NCBI RefSeq assembly: GCF_009914755.1
Contig: NC_060925.1
Reading direction: 5' to 3' (one strand)
Origin: the human T2T-CHM13v2.0 reference genome, Homo sapiens
Length of the DNA stretch: 64,000 bases
This document shows positions 59,858 to 64,000 of the stretch, in pieces. Under the pieces are notes generated by a model. It made no database searches. It was not told the origin of the DNA and worked only from the letters and a program-made list of their open reading frames with translations. Both the position numbers and the translations under genes were made by a program. Within the stretch, counting starts at the first letter, position 1, and each line of letters begins with the position of its first letter.

Positions 59858-61807
59858 GAATTCAAAGGAATCATCATCAAATGGAACCGAATGGAATCCT
59901 CATTGAATGGAAATGAAAGGGGTCATCATCTAATGGAATCGCATGGAATCATCATCAAATGGAATCGAATGGAATCATCATCAAATGGAATCTAATGGAA
60001 TCATTGAACAGAATTGAATGGAATCGTCATCGAATGAATTGAATGCAATCATCGAATGGTCGCGAATGGCATCATCTTCTAATGGAAAGGAATGGAATCA
60101 TCGCATAGAATCGAATGGAATTATCATCGAATGGAATCGAATGGTATCAACACCAAACGGAAAAAAACGGAATTATCGAATGGAATCGAAGAGAATCTTC
60201 GAACGGACCCGAATGGAATCATCTAATGGAATGCAATGGAATAATCCATGGACTCGAATGCAATCATCATCGAATGGAATGGAATGGAATCATCGAATGG
60301 ACTCGAATGGAATAATCATTGAACGGAATCGAATGGAATCATCATCGGATGGAAACGAATGGAATCATCATCGAATGGAAATGAAAGGAGTCATCATCTA
60401 ATGGAATTGCATGGAATCATCATCAAATGGAATCGAATGGAATCAACATCAAATGGAATCAAATGGAATCATTGAACGGAATTGAATGGAATCGTCATCG
60501 AATGAATTGACTGCAATCATCGAATGGTCTCGAATGGAATCATCTTCAAATGGAATGGAATGGAATCATCGCATAGAATCGAATGGAATTATCATCGAAT
60601 GGAATCGAATGGAATCAACATCAAACGGAAAAAAACGGAATTATCGAATGGAATCGAAGAGAATCATCGAATGGACCCGAATGGAATCATCTAATGGAAT
60701 GGAATGGAATAATCCATGGACTCGAATGCAATCATCATCGAATGGAATCGAATGGAATCATCGAATGGACTCGAATGGAATAATCATTGAACGGAATCGA
60801 ATGGAATCATCATCGGATGGAAACGAATGGAATCATCATCGAATGGAAATGAAAGGAGTCATCATCTAATGGAATTGCATGGAATCATCATAAAATGGAA
60901 TCGAATGGAATCAACATCAAATGGAATCAAATGGAATCATTGAACGGAATTGAATGGAATCGTCATCGAATGAATTGACTGCAATCATCGAATGGTCTCG
61001 AATGGAATCATCTTCAAATGGAATGGAATGGAATCATCGCATAGAAACGAATAGAATTAACATTGAATGGACTCGAATGGAATCAACATCAAATGGAATC
61101 AAGCGGAATTATCGAATGAAACCGAAGAGAATCATCGAATGGACTCGAATGGAATCATCTAATGGAATGGAATGGAATAATCCACGGACTCGAATGCAAT
61201 CATCATCGTATAGAATCGAATGGAATCATCGAATGGACTCGAATGGAATAACCATTGAACGGAATCGAATGGAATCATCATCGGATGGAAACGAATGGAA
61301 TCATCATCGAATGGAAATGTAAGGAGTCATCATCTAATGGAATTGCATGGAATCATCATCAAATGGAATCGAATGGAATCAACATCAAATGGAATCAAAT
61401 GGAATCATTGAACGGAATTGAATGGAATCGTCATCGAATGAATTGAATGCAATCATCGAATGGTCTCGAATGGAATCATCTTCAAATGGAATGGAATGGA
61501 ATCATCGCATAGAATCGAATAGAATTATCATCGAATGGAATCGAATGGTATCAACATCAAACGGAAAAAAACGGAATTATCGAATGCAATCGAAGAGAAT
61601 CATCGAATGGACTCGAATGGAATCATCGAATGGAATGGAATGGAACAGTCAATGAACACGAATGGAATCATCATTGAATGGAATCGAATGGAATCATCGA
61701 GTGGAATCGAATGGAATTATGATCAAATGGAATCGAATGTAATCATCATCAAATGGAATCAAAAATAACCATCATCAATTGGTATTGAATGGAATTGTCA
61801 TCAAATG
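59858..61807 (+). repeat. 1,950-bp variant unit: three full 468-bp subunits (third diverged) plus a fourth partial one fused to the distal part of the unit (762 bp absent)
   Basis: ORF starts 60018, 60486, 60954, 61422, then 61968 (546 instead of 1308); the AAATCCAGTGTG...AAAGGGATC block is absent; 1776+936-762 = 1950. Confidence 0.9.
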
Positions 61808-64000
61808 GAATTCAAAGGAATCATCATCAAATGGAACCGAATGGAATCCTCATTGAATGGAAATGAAAGGGGTCATCATCTAATGGAATCGCATGGAATC
61901 ATCATCAAATGGAATCGAATGGAATCATCATCAAATGGAATCTAATGGAATCATTGAACAGAATTGAATGGAATCGTCATCGAATGAATTGAATGCAATC
62001 ATCGAATGGTCTCGAATGGAATCATCTTCTAATGGAAAGGAATGGAATCATCGCATAGAATCGAATGGAATTATCATCGAATGGAATCGAATGGTATCAA
62101 CACCAAACGGAAAAAAACGGAATTATCGAATGGAATCGAAGAGAATCTTCGAACGGACCCGAATGGAATCATCTAATGGAATGGAATGGAATAATCCATG
62201 GACTCGAATGCAATCATCATCGAATGGAATGGAATGGAATCATCGAATGGACTCGAATGGAATAATCATTGAACGGAATCGAATGGAATCATCATCGGAT
62301 GGAAACGAATGGAATCATCATCGAATGGAAATGAAAGGAGTCATCATCTAATGGAATTGCATGGAATCATCATAAAATGGAATCGAATGGAATCAACATC
62401 AAATGGAATCAAATGGAATCATTGAACGGAATTGAATGGAATCGTCATCGAATGAATTGAATGCAATCATCGAATGGTCTCGAATGGAATCATCTTCAAA
62501 TGGAATGGAATGGAATCATCGCATAGAATCGAATGGAATTATCATCGAATGGAATCGAATGGAATCAACATCAAACGGAAAAAAACGGAATTATCGAATG
62601 GAATCGAAGAGAATCATCGAATGGACCCGAATGGAATCATCTAATGGAATGGAATGGAATAATCCATGGACTCGAATGCAATCATCATCGAATGGAATCG
62701 AATGGAATCATCGAATGGACTCGAATGGAATAATCATTGAACGGAAACGAATGGAATCATCATCGGATGGAAATGAATGGAATCATCATCGAATGGAATC
62801 GAATAGAATTATGGAATGAAATCCAGTGTGATCATCATCGAATGGACCCGAATGGAATCATCATCCAACGGAAGCTAATGGAATCAACATCGAATGAATC
62901 AAATGGAAACACCATCGAATTGAAACGAATGGAATTATCATGAAATTGAAATGGATGGACTCATCATCGAATGGATTCGAATGGAATCATCGAATAAAAT
63001 TGATTGAAATCATCATCGAATGGAATCGAATGGTATCATTGAATGGAATCGAAAAGAATCATCATCAGATGGAAATGAATGGAATCGTCATAGAATGGAA
63101 TCGAATGGTATCATTGAATGGAATCAGATGGAATCATCGAATGGACTGGAATGGAATCATTGAATGGACTCGAAAGGGATCATGATTGAATGGAATTGAA
63201 TGGAATCATCGAATGGTCTCGATTGGAATCATTATCAAATGGAATCGAATGGAATCACCGAATAGAATCGAATGGAACAATCATCGAATGGACTCAAATG
63301 GAATTATCCTCAAATGGAATCGAATGGAATTATCAAATGCAATCGAATGGAATTAACGAATGCAATCGAATAGAATAATCGAATGGACTCGAATGCAATC
63401 ATCGAATGGAATGGAATGGAACAGTCAATGAACTCGAATGGAATCATCATTGAATGGAATCGAATGGAATCATCGAGTGGAATCGAATGGAATTATGATG
63501 AAATGGAATCGAATGTAATCATCATCAAATGGAATCAAAAATAACCATCATCAATTGGTATTGAATGGAATTGTCTTCAAATGGAATTCAAAGGAATCAT
63601 CATCAAATGGAACCGAATGGAATCCTCATTGAATGGAAATGAAAGGGGTCATCATCTAATGGAATCGCATGGAATCATCATCAAATGGAATCGAATGGAA
63701 TCATCATCAAATGGAATCTAATGGAATCATTGAACAGAATTGAATGGAATCGTCATCGAATGAATTGAATGCAATCATCGAATGGTCTCGAATGGAATCA
63801 TCTTCTAATGGAAAGGAATGGAATCATCGCATAGAATCGAATGGAATTATCATCGAATGGAATCGAATGGTATCAACACCAAACGGAAAAAAACGGAATT
63901 ATCGAATGGAATCGAAGAGAATCTTCGAACGGACCCGAATGGAATCATCTAATGGAATGGAATGGAATAATCCATGGACTCGAATGCAATCATCATCGAA

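Larger units (their letters stand above)
1182..63589 (+). repeat. 1,776-bp higher-order repeat, 34 complete EcoRI-delimited units; chr1q12-type 1.77-kb unit (pUC1.77/D1Z1, HSat2A2-like)
   Basis: Identical ORF starts recur at 1,776-bp spacing (34, 1810; 3538, 5314, 7090 ...). One GAATTC per unit (1182, 2910, 4686, 6462 ... 61808, 63584). 27x1776 plus 7 variant lengths sum exactly to 62,402. Chromosome assignment is from established knowledge of the 1.77-kb EcoRI satellite, not from mapping. Confidence 0.9.
1..64000 (+). repeat. Human satellite 2 (HSat2/HSATII) pericentromeric tandem array, single orientation, runs off both window ends
   Basis: Entire sequence is built from diverged GGAAT/CGAAT pentamers with ATC triplets (e.g. 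GGAATCATCATCGAATGGAATCGAAT; reverse complement CATTCGATTC-rich, the HSat2 signature), 23/26-bp basic monomers and dense TCGA sites. No non-satellite sequence or strand switch seen. Confidence 0.98.

Noticed and set aside
34-63378. ORFs of 60-178 aa (MESSSNEL..., MKLKWMDS..., MELSSNGIEW...) as a repeated gene cluster
   Set aside because: They are translations of a stop-poor satellite strand in overlapping frames; stops toggle freely (TTA/TGA near 781; TAG at 8878) and 23-bp indels shift frame; no recognisable domain or gene signals.
1-64000. CRISPR-like array of 23-26-bp repeats
   Set aside because: No unique spacers, no leader and no cas genes; everything is pentamer-derived and periodic at 1,776 bp.
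1-64000. Inversions or Alu/L1/other insertions
   Set aside because: No CATTC-strand tract or non-satellite sequence seen; unit lengths account exactly for the distance between first and last EcoRI sites.

Overview
The whole 64 kb is one uninterrupted, single-orientation array of human classical satellite 2 (HSat2/HSATII; GGAAT/CGAAT pentamers with ATC triplets, purine-rich strand on +). It is organised as a highly homogeneous 1,776-bp higher-order unit carrying one EcoRI site, which matches the chromosome 1q12-type 1.77-kb repeat (pUC1.77/D1Z1, HSat2A2-like). There are no credible genes, RNAs, mobile elements or CRISPR arrays; all listed ORFs are by-products of the repeat. I found no novel gene system. 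What is informative is the array architecture. Of 34 complete EcoRI-to-EcoRI units, 27 are 1,776 bp and 7 are structural variants (1,728; 1,308; 1,799; 3,648; 2,244; 1,773; 1,950 bp). An internal 468-bp subunit varies from 1 to 6 copies. Shared SNPs show 3-unit (5,328 bp) and 4-unit (7,104 bp) super-repeats. A diverged ~0.6-kb patch near 61 kb exposes a hidden third homology block. All comparisons were made by eye and from ORF-track spacing, so SNP lists are not exhaustive.
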